A stretch of 64,000 nt of DNA from Vicugna vicugna (taxonomy: Eukaryota): positions 310,001 to 374,000 of the forward strand of contig MU057640.1 in NCBI GenBank assembly GCA_013265495.1. The letters run 5' to 3'. The first letter of the stretch is position 1, and each line of letters begins with the position of its first letter. Below the pieces are notes generated by a model, which was given only the letters and a program-made list of their open reading frames with translations, was not told where the DNA came from and did no database searches. A program made the position numbers and the translations under genes. This document shows, in pieces, positions 63,263 to 64,000 of this stretch.

Positions 63263-64000
63263 CAGGAGCCTACTTTTTCTACCTTCTTTTATTACCGTGT
63301 CTACTGGGTGCCAAGAATTGTGGTTCCATTTGGAGGATTCTTCAAATAATAAAGTTTTCGTCCCCCTCTGCTAAATATTTGCAAGCCTGGGGGTCGTCCC
63401 AGGATGGTCTAGATTGGAGAGTGAGAAGGGGCTTACAGGAAGAGTACCTTGCTATAGCTTCCATAAACATCATCCATTTCCTCAGCAAGACTGAAGAACA
63501 TTAAAAGGATGTGCACTGTTTCCTGTGACTGGCTTTATGAGTGTCGACAGCTTTATAGACATAGGAAGCTATAGATGGAGAGAAGGAAAAAAATGTCCTG
63601 CAGTATAAGAACAGGAAAAGAAAAACTGAGGCATATAATTGTTCCAAATCATACTGCCTCCCTGGTTTCTTCTGCATTCAAATTTCTGTTGAACACTGAT
63701 AGGAGGATTGCCATTCGGGGACACGAGGAAGGGAATGGGGAGGAATTTGGCTTCAGTTTAGACTTAGGAAACTACAAAAGGACTTGAAGCAGCACTGAAT
63801 TCATCAAGAAACTCGTGTGTACGTGTGCCTGGGGAGGCTCTTAAAAAATCTAGTGGGAATGTGGTCCCTGATCCCAGGAGAGGACACAGGGACTGGGATC
63901 AGCCTTTCTGTTGTGTTTTCTGGAATCAGATTTGTAGACAGTCAAGTAAACCAAGACAGCTAAAGTTAAGGAACATTTGCAGCCCCAAATTGTGTTCCCT

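Noticed and set aside
1..64000. CRISPR arrays, operons or prokaryotic defence systems
   Set aside because: Sequence is spliced mammalian DNA; no repeat-spacer array seen

Overview
Mammalian genomic DNA, not prokaryotic. About 8 copies of a tRNA-derived SINE resembling the camelid Vic-1 family point to a camel or alpaca. Two convergent genes lie in the known ZFYVE1-DCAF4 synteny. ZFYVE1/DFCP1 is on + (10 coding exons, 3069-24588, 616 codons; its N-terminal exon is upstream of the window). DCAF4/WDR21A is complete on - (13 coding exons, 46127-29598, 495 aa; putative non-coding exon 1 near 56339-56490 in a CpG island). DCAF4 has a U12-type intron, a GC-AG intron and a quadruple NAG acceptor. DCAF4 intron 1 holds a decayed CIBAR1/FAM92A processed pseudogene inserted into an old L1. 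Its 5' end is CpG-rich and carries GC boxes, a strong-context ATG and a consensus splice donor that would join in frame to DCAF4 exon 2. This candidate retrocopy-derived alternative first exon is the most interesting signal. Other leads: an RFX-box cluster and a candidate ATG-ending exon for a short DFCP1 isoform, and an unexplained 60-bp element repeated in two DCAF4 introns. Family names and human comparisons are from memory, not from database searches.
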